Assembly (NCBI GenBank): GCA_038231275.1
Contig: JBBRLQ010000001.1
Span: forward strand, 64,001 to 128,000
Source: Polyangiales bacterium
Lineage (GTDB): Bacteria > Myxococcota_A > Polyangia > Polyangiales > Polyangiaceae
Direction of reading: 5' to 3'
Length of the DNA stretch: 64,000 nt
The notes below the pieces were generated by a model. That model made no database searches, was not told the origin of the DNA, and was given only the letters and a program-made list of their open reading frames with translations. How positions within the stretch are numbered: the stretch's first letter is position 1; the number at the start of each line of letters is the position of its first letter. The position numbers and the translations under genes were made by a program. Shown here piece after piece: positions 38,277 to 47,064 of this stretch.

Positions 38277-39719
38277 ATGCCGTCGCCGCCGAGCCCTTCC
38301 GCTCTCTCGTCGTTGCTTCGTGAAGTGGCCCCTCTTAGTCACCCCCGGCGTGCAGAGCTTCTCGTCGAGATCGCCGACGCGCTGGAGAGCGGTGCCCGAA
38401 ACGCGATCTCGCCCCAGCTCATTGCCATCGCTTCTGACGAGCGCGCGCCGTCCGTGCTGCGGACGAGAGATGAATTTACGGACACAGGTTGGGCGGACCT
38501 GTCAGGCGAGACAAAGAAAGAGGAAGCCAAGAACCGGGCGATTGCCAAGCGCTTGGTGAAAGCCGGTGGAGGCAACGGAGACGCCACGAGCCGGCTCGCC
38601 CGATGCCTTGGGTTCTCGTTTACGTGGCGTGGTCTACCCACCTTCCACATGCTCCGTTTCGCATGCGGGTTCCCGGCGTGTTTCGCGGATCACTTCAATG
38701 ATGGGGACCTCGGCGAAGTCTACGGGCCGGTGCTCGGCCCGTCGATTCGGAGCCGCCAGGACTTCGCCCGATTCCTCGTCGAGTTCATGAAGGCGGATTC
38801 GTTCGCCGCCGAAGGAATCGCCTCTACCGTCTGGCACGCCTCGCGGAACGTCGGACTCTTTCCCAAATCGTCCTACGCACAAATGGAGGATGCGCTTGAC
38901 GCTTGGCTCCTCAAGACCGTTCCCAACGCCGACTCGAGAAAGGCGGCAACCGATGTCCTCCGGATTCTCGGACTACCCGCAGCCGACGCACGTGCCCTCG
39001 TTTCTTTGGCGCCGAAAGAGCAGGCCCCGAAGGCTTCTCCGAGGTTCCCCAGCCATGAGCAAGCGCCCGAGGTTGTCGAACTCGCGCCGTCGAAGAACTT
39101 TGTCCGAATGTCCTTCCCCGTGGACCCAAAGATGCTTCGCGACCCATGGATGAAGAAGCTGGGCCGACTCACGCCCATGAAGGCTCGCGAGCTCCTCAGC
39201 GAACGCTGGAGCGCGGTACCAAACTGGTTGCGCCATCTTCGGGCTTCGATCCTCGACGGAGAGCTTCTCGGAATGGTGGTAGGTCCGGCCGGAACCTTCG
39301 TGGAAATCATGTCCAACGGCGGGCGGGAGATGCGATACATCGCGAGCCCCGTCTCCTCGGCGCTGGCAACGAAGACCCTCCGCTCGCTCGGAATCACCGA
39401 TACCCATCCTCTCTTCGAGTTCGTCGTGGCTTTCGGCGGCCTTCGAGAAGCGCCGCCCGACCACGCTGGGGGATTCCTCCCTGTTGCTGAGTTCGCGGTC
39501 GTCGAACGGGCGCGAAGGCGCCAGAGCTCGGTCATCTCCCTGATCGAAGCCGATGAGTTGCGCGACTGGCGAGACGCCCTGGTCGTGTACGAGGATTGGA
39601 ATGGCGACGCCCTGCTTGTCAGCCCCAAGGGACCCATCGGGTGGGCGAAGCACGACGCGGGATGCGTCGAGTCGTGCGGCAAATCGTTCAAGGACTTCTT
39701 CAAAACCAACTTTCGCTGA
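38277..39719 (+). CDS. Hypothetical protein with C-terminal SMI1/KNR4 (SUKH)-like domain
   Basis: C-terminal EFVVAFGG...YEDWNGDALLV.PKGPIGWAKHD...KSFKDFF; more A/T-ending codons than neighbours. Confidence 0.6.
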   Translation: MPSPPSPSALSSLLREVAPLSHPRRAELLVEIADALESGARNAISPQLIAIASDERAPSVLRTRDEFTDTGWADLSGETKKEEAKNRAIAKRLVKAGGGNGDATSRLARCLGFSFTWRGLPTFHMLRFACGFPACFADHFNDGDLGEVYGPVLGPSIRSRQDFARFLVEFMKADSFAAEGIASTVWHASRNVGLFPKSSYAQMEDALDAWLLKTVPNADSRKAATDVLRILGLPAADARALVSLAPKEQAPKASPRFPSHEQAPEVVELAPSKNFVRMSFPVDPKMLRDPWMKKLGRLTPMKARELLSERWSAVPNWLRHLRASILDGELLGMVVGPAGTFVEIMSNGGREMRYIASPVSSALATKTLRSLGITDTHPLFEFVVAFGGLREAPPDHAGGFLPVAEFAVVERARRRQSSVISLIEADELRDWRDALVVYEDWNGDALLVSPKGPIGWAKHDAGCVESCGKSFKDFFKTNFR

Positions 39720-39768
39720 ACCGGGCGCGCGCAGGTTTGATGCGTATGCTTGCCGAGAGGTGCACGTC

Positions 39769-40380
39769 ATGCGGAGTTCATTCCTAGGAGCCGTCGCGAT
39801 CGGTCTCTTCGTATCGGCGTGCGCCGCCGACCCTGCTTCTCCGCCCGAATATCCGCCGCCGCCGCCACCGCCTGCCGCGGCGCCGCCGGGAGAAGTGCTT
39901 CCGGCGTCCGCCGACGTGCAGTCGGCCGACGCGCCTCCAACGGCCCCGCCGTCGCAAGCCGCGAACGCGCAAGGTCCGCTGCCGCCGATGCCTACGCAAG
40001 CGCCGCAGTACACGCCCACCGCCGACGCGGCGCCGCCGCCGGCGACAGAGTGGACGACGGTCTACCCGACGGGACAGTGGGTCTACGCGACCGACTACGG
40101 ATGGATGTGGATCCCCAACGACGCGAGCCTCGTGGCGCACGAAGGCGTGCCGTACGCGTACCTGTACACGCCTAGGTACGGATGGACCTGGTACGTCTCG
40201 CCGTGGGGCGGCGGGCCTTATCGCTACGGCGTCTGGGTGCGGCACCCGTGGCGGCCCGTCGGTTGGCGGTACGGATGGGCCGCGCGGCCGGCCGTCGTCG
40301 TCCACATCGGCGGCGGGTATCGGGGCGGCTACTACCGTGGCGGCTACCGCGGCGGCCGCGGCGGCGGTCACCGCCGGTAA
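39769..40380 (+). CDS. Pro-rich lipoprotein with Trp/Tyr-rich module (DUF6600-like) and RGGY tail
   Basis: VSAC lipobox, GQWVY..DYGWMWIP, YGWTWYVSPWG and RGGYYRGGYRGG. Confidence 0.7.
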   Translation: MRSSFLGAVAIGLFVSACAADPASPPEYPPPPPPPAAAPPGEVLPASADVQSADAPPTAPPSQAANAQGPLPPMPTQAPQYTPTADAAPPPATEWTTVYPTGQWVYATDYGWMWIPNDASLVAHEGVPYAYLYTPRYGWTWYVSPWGGGPYRYGVWVRHPWRPVGWRYGWAARPAVVVHIGGGYRGGYYRGGYRGGRGGGHRR

Positions 40381-40443
40381 CGGGGCGCGAGCAACCATTG
40401 TAGCCCCCCTGAGCCCGTTTGCGGCGATACTCGACGGATCGAA

Positions 40444-42111
40444 ATGGCGACGCTACGGCGGCAAGCAGCGTGGATGCTCGCGGTGACCGTCTCGGCGGGT
40501 TGCGCTGCGAGGGCGACGCCAGCGCCGACGCCAACGCCTCCCGATGCGCTGCTCCTCACCGACGCCATTTGGGCGAGCGACACCCCTCGCATGCGCGAGC
40601 TCCTCGCGGCGCGCGCGGATCCGGCCGCGGTCGACGCCGCCGAGTGGCCCCCGTGGACGTGGACGCTCGTGACGAGGGATCGGCCGGCGCGGGATCTTCT
40701 CCTCTCCCATGCGCGCGACATCCATCCCCAAGACCCGCAGACGATCGCCGCGTTTCGCATGGCCGTGGGCCAAGGCGACGAGGATCTGGTGCGTGAGCTC
40801 CTGCGGCGGCGCGTGCCGGTCGACGCTCCGTCGAAGGATCGCGCGAGCCCGCTGCTCATCGCCGCGTCTACCGGCAACGCGCGGATGGTGGACGCCCTCC
40901 TCGGCGCCGGCGCGCTGCCGAACGTGGCCGACGGCACCGGCGACACGGCGCTGATGGCGGCGGTGCGCGCCGGATCGCAGGAGTGTGTCGAGCGCCTGCT
41001 CGCGCGCGGCGCCGACGTGCGGCTGCGTGATCGCGAAGGCCGAGCGGCGCTCGACTGGGCGCGGCTGGAGCGCGCGGATTCGCTCGCCGCGCTCCTCGTG
41101 GCCGCGCACGCCGAGCCGAGCGACGGGGGCGCTGCGGCGAGGACGGCGCCGCCGCCCGCGAGCGCGACCGACGCGATCGCACGGAGCATTCCGGTCGTTC
41201 AGCGCGGCGCGGCGGAGTGGACCAAACGCATGGGGTGCAGCTCGTGCCACCACCAGCCGATGGCGCTGCTCGTCACCACGCTCGCCGAACGCGCCAAGGT
41301 CCCGTTCGATCGCTCCCTCGCCGCGGCGCTCCGTGATGGGTTGGCGAAGGAGGAGCTCTTTTTCCAGGCGGAGGGGCAAAAAGCACTGGTGAGCGACGTG
41401 ACCGTCCTCCGCGCGGGCCGCCTCAACAGCGGGGACATCGCGTTCGGCACGGGGTTTTTCCTGTCGGCGCGGATCGAGGCGGGGGTCACGCGCGGCGGCC
41501 CGGAGGAGACGAGCGCTGTGCTGCTGGCGCGCTTGCAGCTCCCGGACGGCCATTGGCGCTACGGCCCGCTCCGCGGTGTGATCGAGTCCAGCGACGTGGC
41601 CGCGACGGCGCTCGCCGCGCGGGTCGTCGCGGCGCTCGCGCCACCGAGCGACGACACCACCGCGCGGCTGGCGCGCGCGAAAGCGTGGCTCGCGGGCGCC
41701 GCAGCGACCACCGTGGTCGACCACGCCTACCGGCTCTACGGCCTGCGCTGGACGAACGCCGACCCAGGCCTCGTGATCGCACAGGCAACGAAGCTGCGTG
41801 CCGCGCAACGGCCCGACGGAAGCTGGGGCCATGTTTCGAGCGCGCCGGGCGACGCGTTCAGCACCGGCCTCGCGCTCGTGGCCCTCCACGAAGCCGGCGC
41901 GCTCGCCGCGACGGATCCGGCCTACCGAGCCGGCGTCGCGTATCTCCTCGCGCGTCAAAGGCCGGACGGAACGTGGCTCGTCCACAGCCGCGCGGTGCCG
42001 CTCCAGCCGTACGCCGACGGTGGCTCGCCGCACGGCAAATTCCAGTTCGTCTCGTTCGCGGCCACGTGCTGGGCCACGATGGCGCTCATCTACGCCGCGA
42101 CGCCGACTTGA
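40444..42111 (+). CDS. Lipoprotein with ankyrin repeats + CxxCH + prenyltransferase/squalene-cyclase-like alpha-toroid
   Basis: SAGC lipobox; GDTALMAA and GRAALDWA ankyrins; CSSCHHQ; QW-like motifs QLPDGHW, QRPDGSW and QRPDGTW. Confidence 0.8.
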   Translation: MATLRRQAAWMLAVTVSAGCAARATPAPTPTPPDALLLTDAIWASDTPRMRELLAARADPAAVDAAEWPPWTWTLVTRDRPARDLLLSHARDIHPQDPQTIAAFRMAVGQGDEDLVRELLRRRVPVDAPSKDRASPLLIAASTGNARMVDALLGAGALPNVADGTGDTALMAAVRAGSQECVERLLARGADVRLRDREGRAALDWARLERADSLAALLVAAHAEPSDGGAAARTAPPPASATDAIARSIPVVQRGAAEWTKRMGCSSCHHQPMALLVTTLAERAKVPFDRSLAAALRDGLAKEELFFQAEGQKALVSDVTVLRAGRLNSGDIAFGTGFFLSARIEAGVTRGGPEETSAVLLARLQLPDGHWRYGPLRGVIESSDVAATALAARVVAALAPPSDDTTARLARAKAWLAGAAATTVVDHAYRLYGLRWTNADPGLVIAQATKLRAAQRPDGSWGHVSSAPGDAFSTGLALVALHEAGALAATDPAYRAGVAYLLARQRPDGTWLVHSRAVPLQPYADGGSPHGKFQFVSFAATCWATMALIYAATPT

Positions 42112-42139
42112 TGTGTGCGGCGAGCGCGCGGGCGATCGC

Positions 42140-43420
42140 TCACGTCGTGCGCAAGATCGCGTCGGGCCGGGTGCGCCGGATGACGGCCATGACCTCTTCG
42201 TCGGTCATGATGTGATCGAGCGCCTTGGCGGCCTTCAGGATCTCGGCCACGAGGTTCTCGTCACCCTTGATGCCGCGCGAGCTGAGCCAGTAGTTCACGT
42301 TCGAGGCCCCGCTCATGAAGCCGATGCAGATCTCCTGCCCGCGCCCGAACATGCCCGCGGGTACGCCGCTGTAGATGCGGTCGGCGAGCCACGCGTCGCC
42401 CTTCGCCATGGCCTTGATGATCGCCGCGGCGTGCACGCCCGTCGCCGTGCGGAACGCGTCGCGGCCCACCAGCGGATAGTTGATCGGCACGTGCCATTCG
42501 GTCGCCTTCGCCACCGTCTCGCAGTATTCGAGGAGCTTCGTCAGATCGTGATCGAGCTGGCCCAGCAGCTTGAGGTTCAGGAGAAGGAGCTCCATCTGCG
42601 CGTTGCCCACGCGCTCGCCGATTCCGAGCGCCGTGGCGTGGACGCGATCGGCGCCGAACTCCAGCGCCCAGATCGCGTTCTCGAGCGCGAAGCCGCGATC
42701 GTTGTGGCCGTGCCAGTCGATGCCGATGTTCTTCGCGCCGGTGCCAGCGACGACGCTCTTGGTGAACTCGATGAGGTTCTTCACGCCGTCGGGCGTCGCG
42801 TGGCCGACGGTGTCCGACAAGCAGAGGCGCGTCGCACCGTGATCGATCGCCGCGCGAAAGAGCGTGGTCAGCACGTCGGGGCGCGAGCGCGTCGTGTCCT
42901 CGGTGACGTACGCGACAGGGAGGCCCGCCTTGACGGCGACGTCGATCGCCTCGCAGCTGCGCTTGGCGATGAGGCCGACGTCCCACTCCTCCGCGTACTG
43001 GCGGATCGGGCTCGAGCCGATGAACGCGTACACCTCGATCGGGAGACCGGCCTTCTGCGAGACCTCGATCATCGGCGTGATGTCGGAGACCACGGTGCGC
43101 CCGGCGCACGCGATCTTGATCTTCATCTTGCAGTCGACGACCTCTTTGCACATGCGAAGGACGTCGTCGAAGGCGCGCTTGCTCGAGCCGGGGAGACCGA
43201 TGTCGGCCTCGTGGATGCCGAGGTCTTCCATCAAGTGGAGGATGGCGAGCTTGTCCTCGATCGGCGGGTCCTTGACCGACGGGTTCTGGAGCCCGTCGCG
43301 CAGTGTCTCGTCGAAGAGCGTGTAGCCCTTCGGGATGAGGCGGCCCTTGCGATTGACCTCGTTCCAATCGAAGACGAGCTCCGCCGCGCGGCCTGCGCCC
43401 TCCATGACGTCGTTGGACAT
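42140..43420 (-). CDS. LeuA-family (DRE-TIM) synthase, 2-isopropylmalate synthase-like, short form
   Basis: DETLRDGLQ, SDTVGHATP, HGHNDRG, GIGERVGNA and GVHAAAI; no C-terminal regulatory domain. Confidence 0.85.
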   Translation of the reverse strand: MSNDVMEGAGRAAELVFDWNEVNRKGRLIPKGYTLFDETLRDGLQNPSVKDPPIEDKLAILHLMEDLGIHEADIGLPGSSKRAFDDVLRMCKEVVDCKMKIKIACAGRTVVSDITPMIEVSQKAGLPIEVYAFIGSSPIRQYAEEWDVGLIAKRSCEAIDVAVKAGLPVAYVTEDTTRSRPDVLTTLFRAAIDHGATRLCLSDTVGHATPDGVKNLIEFTKSVVAGTGAKNIGIDWHGHNDRGFALENAIWALEFGADRVHATALGIGERVGNAQMELLLLNLKLLGQLDHDLTKLLEYCETVAKATEWHVPINYPLVGRDAFRTATGVHAAAIIKAMAKGDAWLADRIYSGVPAGMFGRGQEICIGFMSGASNVNYWLSSRGIKGDENLVAEILKAAKALDHIMTDEEVMAVIRRTRPDAILRTT

Positions 43421-43457
43421 GGCTTTAGTATAGCCTCACACCAGGAGTGACCGGCAC

Positions 43458-44609
43458 ATGATGACCTCACCTTCCGCCTCACTTTCCGCGCTGACGGCGG
43501 CTCAGCTTCAGGTGGTCCAACCCGGGTCGCGCGCCAACTTCCGGCGGCGCGTCATGGACGCGATGCGCACGGTCGTGCCTGCGGCAGGCGCATTTTTCTG
43601 CTTCGGAAAGGACGACAGCCGCGCGTACGCCGACTCGTCGCGCGTCGTGGACGGCGCGCTGCATGGCGTCAAAGTTGGCGTCAAAGACGCCGGGACGACG
43701 AAGCTGACGCAGGCGTTCGGCTTCGAGACCAAGAGCGTGGTGGAGACGACGCGGCGCGTCTACATGACGATGGAGCTCTATCCGGACGACGAGCGGAAGA
43801 AGCTGCCGTACTTCCGGGACAACTCGGTCGCCGACGAGCTCGCGCGCGCAATGATCGTGTTCCTGCACGAGGGCGGCGTCCTTTTCGGCGTGTGCGGCCT
43901 CGAGCGCCGCGCCGACGAGCCGGAGTTCACGATGGAGGACGCCGCGCGGATCGAGTCGCTGGCGCCGTTCGTCGTCGCGGCCTCGCGCGCACAGATGGCA
44001 TACGACGAGCTCACGAAGGAGGCGGCGGCGCTGCGGTCGCTCGCGAAGATGGGGGGAACGCTCTTCGTCGTCGATCGTGACAAGAAGCGCGTCGTGTGGG
44101 CGGCGAACCGTGAGCACGGCGTCGACTGGGCGGAGGACGTCGTTCCGTTCGCCGATCAGATCGTCGAGGCCGCCGAGTCCCAGCTTGCTGCGCGCGCACG
44201 AGGCGACGCGCTCCCGACGCCGCCGCGCTTCGGCGAGGGCACCGTCGTGGGCGTCGCGCGCATCGAGGGAGACCCGGTGTTCGGCGCGGCGCGGTGCGCG
44301 GTCCTGCGCGTGCAGCAGACGGAGTCGGCGAACGCAGCGGCGATGGACGGTCTCTCGCGACGCGAGCGCGAGATCGCGCGACTCTTGGTCGCCGGGTACA
44401 GCGGCGTGAACGTCGCGGCGATCGCGGGCCTCAGCGAGAACACCGTCCGTACGTACGTTCGAAGGCTCTACGCGAAGATCGGCGTGTCGAACCGCGCGGA
44501 TCTCGTCCGCAAGCTCATCGCACCCGAACCCAAGTCGAGCGCGCCGTCGTCGCAGATCGCACCACCGCCCGACTCCGCGCTCGCGGACGGGGACGACACG
44601 CTCGACTGA
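43458..44609 (+). CDS. LuxR-family transcriptional regulator with GAF-like N-terminus
   Basis: LSRREREIARLLVAGYS...SENTVRTYVRRLYAKIGVSNR; GGAG RBS. Confidence 0.88.
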   Translation: MMTSPSASLSALTAAQLQVVQPGSRANFRRRVMDAMRTVVPAAGAFFCFGKDDSRAYADSSRVVDGALHGVKVGVKDAGTTKLTQAFGFETKSVVETTRRVYMTMELYPDDERKKLPYFRDNSVADELARAMIVFLHEGGVLFGVCGLERRADEPEFTMEDAARIESLAPFVVAASRAQMAYDELTKEAAALRSLAKMGGTLFVVDRDKKRVVWAANREHGVDWAEDVVPFADQIVEAAESQLAARARGDALPTPPRFGEGTVVGVARIEGDPVFGAARCAVLRVQQTESANAAAMDGLSRREREIARLLVAGYSGVNVAAIAGLSENTVRTYVRRLYAKIGVSNRADLVRKLIAPEPKSSAPSSQIAPPPDSALADGDDTLD

Positions 44610-44613
44610 CCGG

Positions 44614-45186
44614 CTACTTCGTCGACAGCACGGAAGAGATCAGCAGCGCCATCCGCCTCTCCGCGGCGGTGATCGACGCGCCTTGATCGCGGCGCATCGC
44701 GTCCCACGCGCGCGCGCCGGTGACGACGTCGAGCAGCTCCACGAGCTCGGGGCGATCGCGCACGTCGGCGGCGAAGACCTTGGCGGTCACCTTCCGTCGC
44801 GCGCGGGCGACGAGCGCAAAGGCCGCCGCGACCGCGGGGGACGTGGCCTCGAAGCGCGACGACGCGCGGCGAACCTGCGCCGTGGCTTCCAATTCGCGCC
44901 CACGCGCCGCCGCGAAGGCCTCGATTCGCACGGACCGCGCGAGCGCCGGATCGATCGGCGTGCTCGCTGCCGCGACCTCGCGCATGTGGACCTCGGCGGC
45001 CGCGAGCAAGAGCTCCTCGCGGGACCGAAAATGCTGCCCGATCGACCGCAGCGCGACCCCCGCGCGCTCCGCGATCTGCGGACCGGTCGGCGCCGTCCCA
45101 TGCTCCGCGAGGAGCTCCAGCACCGCGCTGACGATCGCGTCACGCGTACGGACCGCGCGCGCGTGGCGACCGTCGAGGCGCGCCAT
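44614..45186 (-). CDS. TetR/AcrR family transcriptional regulator
   Basis: DGRHARAVRTRDAIV...IAERAGVALRSIGQHF; ATG overlaps the lipase stop (TGATG). Confidence 0.88.
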   Translation of the reverse strand: MARLDGRHARAVRTRDAIVSAVLELLAEHGTAPTGPQIAERAGVALRSIGQHFRSREELLLAAAEVHMREVAAASTPIDPALARSVRIEAFAAARGRELEATAQVRRASSRFEATSPAVAAAFALVARARRKVTAKVFAADVRDRPELVELLDVVTGARAWDAMRRDQGASITAAERRMALLISSVLSTK

Positions 45187-46691
45187 CACGGCGTGCAGCT
45201 CGGCATCCCCGTCGACGTGCACGACGGCTTCGCGGTTCCTTCGAGTACGGCGCGCGCCCACGCGATCCCGGTCATCAGGTTGCGCGGAAGCACCGTCGCG
45301 TGCGTCGCCGTCGAATCCGTGCACACGTCGGGCGTGACGCCTTCGGCGACGAGCTTGTCGATCGTGCACGCGGCCTCTTCGGCGGGCAGCATGATCTGAT
45401 CGGCGAGGCCCTGCACCATGAGCACGGGGGCGCCTTGCGGATCGGCGTGGAGGACGTTCTGCGAGAGGAACTGGAAGTAGCTCGCCCCTGGCTCCGCGCA
45501 GCCGGCCCCCGACGCCGCGATGCACGCGAGCAGCGACGTGCGGAGCGCGTCGTCGACGAGGTTGCCGAGGACCGGATCGAACGCCTGGATGTACCCGCCG
45601 AGCGGCACCAGGCAGAGCGAGTTGGCGGCGCCCGCGAGCGCGTCGCGATTGGAGGCGGGAAATCCATCTCCCGGCGACGCGCCGCTCTTGTTGCCGAAGT
45701 ACGCGTACTCGCGGAGCACCGCGATCGCCGACTTGCTGAGGCCCGTGCCGATCGTCGCGCCCGTCGGATTCTCCAGGATCGATTGGTAGCCGAACGAGTT
45801 CATCCGCGTCGGCCACTGCGGCGCGAACGCGACGACGGCGGCGAGCTTCCCGTCGGCGCCGTAGCTCTTCTCGAGCGCTTGGCCGCTGAGCGCCGCTCCG
45901 CCCCCCTGGCTGTAGCCGAAGAGCACGATCTTTTCGGACAGCGCGCCCTGCGAGAGGAGCTTCCGCAGCGCGCGCGCGCCGTCGAGGAGGGAGTACGCTT
46001 GCTCGTGGTTGTCGAGGTACGCCTGCACACCGTCGGTGCCGAGGCCGGCGTAATCGGGGACGATGGTCGCGTAGCCGAGCGCCGTCCACGGGAGCGCGAG
46101 GTCTTGGTTGGACGACGCGTTCTTCGACGGCGTGCAGCCGTCGGCGATGCCCTCGGACGGGTGGCCGATCGTGACGACCGGAAGCGGAAGCTGACGCGGG
46201 ACGGTCGGCAAGTAGACCCGCGCCGAGCTCACCGCGCCAGACCCGTCGCTTTTCGTCGTCCGAAAGAGGACGCGGTACACGTTGGCGCCGCTCGTCGCGG
46301 TGATCGTGATGCCCTTCGCCGCGACCGCCGACTGCGCCTCGGCCACCGTATACCCTTGCTCGGGCGCGCAGCGAACCACGTCCCCTCGGCGCGCGGGCGT
46401 CATCGGCGACAGGCCCGGCGGCGTCACGTACGCGGTGTCCGGCGAATCCTCGCACGGGATGGCCGGCGCGTCGGCGCGCGCGGGGCCTGCGTCGATCGCA
46501 GCGTCGACGGCGGCGGCGTCGAAACCATCGCCGGAGTCCGGAGGAGCGACGGTTCCGCCGTCGGCCAAGGGCAGCGCGGCGTCGGGGGTGTCTCCATGCA
46601 CGCCGCCGGTAGGCGCGCCCGATGTGCCAGCGGCCGCGCACCCCGCCAGGACCACGGCAAACGAGCCCGCCACGCGCCACCGAGGAGCCAT
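45186..46691 (-). CDS. Secretory lipase (LIP / CalA-like) lipoprotein
   Basis: LAGC lipobox, GHPSEG..DGCTPS, PDYAGLG, GYSQGG, QGLADQ and C-terminal His. Confidence 0.85.
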   Translation of the reverse strand: MAPRWRVAGSFAVVLAGCAAAGTSGAPTGGVHGDTPDAALPLADGGTVAPPDSGDGFDAAAVDAAIDAGPARADAPAIPCEDSPDTAYVTPPGLSPMTPARRGDVVRCAPEQGYTVAEAQSAVAAKGITITATSGANVYRVLFRTTKSDGSGAVSSARVYLPTVPRQLPLPVVTIGHPSEGIADGCTPSKNASSNQDLALPWTALGYATIVPDYAGLGTDGVQAYLDNHEQAYSLLDGARALRKLLSQGALSEKIVLFGYSQGGGAALSGQALEKSYGADGKLAAVVAFAPQWPTRMNSFGYQSILENPTGATIGTGLSKSAIAVLREYAYFGNKSGASPGDGFPASNRDALAGAANSLCLVPLGGYIQAFDPVLGNLVDDALRTSLLACIAASGAGCAEPGASYFQFLSQNVLHADPQGAPVLMVQGLADQIMLPAEEAACTIDKLVAEGVTPDVCTDSTATHATVLPRNLMTGIAWARAVLEGTAKPSCTSTGMPSCTP

Positions 46692-46833
46692 CGGGGGTAA
46701 CCAAAGCACACAATTTGCTATGTGCATGCAAAATCTTGGAATCTTCGCATCGGCGCCCCCTGACGTCTGACGGGAGCGGCGGCGTTTTGACGCTCGGAGG
46801 CCTCCAGGGCGCGTAAATCACTGACAATTCGCA

Positions 46834-46849
46834 TGGCACGCGGCCTGCT
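46834..46849 (+). promoter_or_regulatory. Sigma54-like -24/-12 motif
   Basis: TGGCACG-CGGC-CTGCT, with exact GG-N10-GC spacing. Confidence 0.45.
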
Positions 46850-46861
46850 CTAGAGGAGCGC

Positions 46862-47038
46862 ATGTCTGCCTCGCCGTTCCTCGAGCGCTTCATCCAGCAG
46901 ACGCTGGTGCTGTACCGCCCGGGCTCGCTCTTCGGCGACGGCCAGGCGATCAAGCGCTTCGCGCCGCCGCCCCGCGAAGAGTTCATCGACCCCGGCGACG
47001 TCTTCGACGACGAGGACGACGGCGCCGCCGCGGCGTGA
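46862..47038 (+). CDS. 58-aa small protein (not in ORF track)
   Basis: GAGGAG upstream; nearly all codons end in G/C; MSASPFLERFIQQTLVLYRPGSLFGDGQAIKRFAPPPREEFIDPGDVFDDEDDGAAAA. Confidence 0.65.
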   Translation: MSASPFLERFIQQTLVLYRPGSLFGDGQAIKRFAPPPREEFIDPGDVFDDEDDGAAAA

Positions 47039-47064
47039 CCCTCGCCCTCTCCTCGGCTCGCGCT

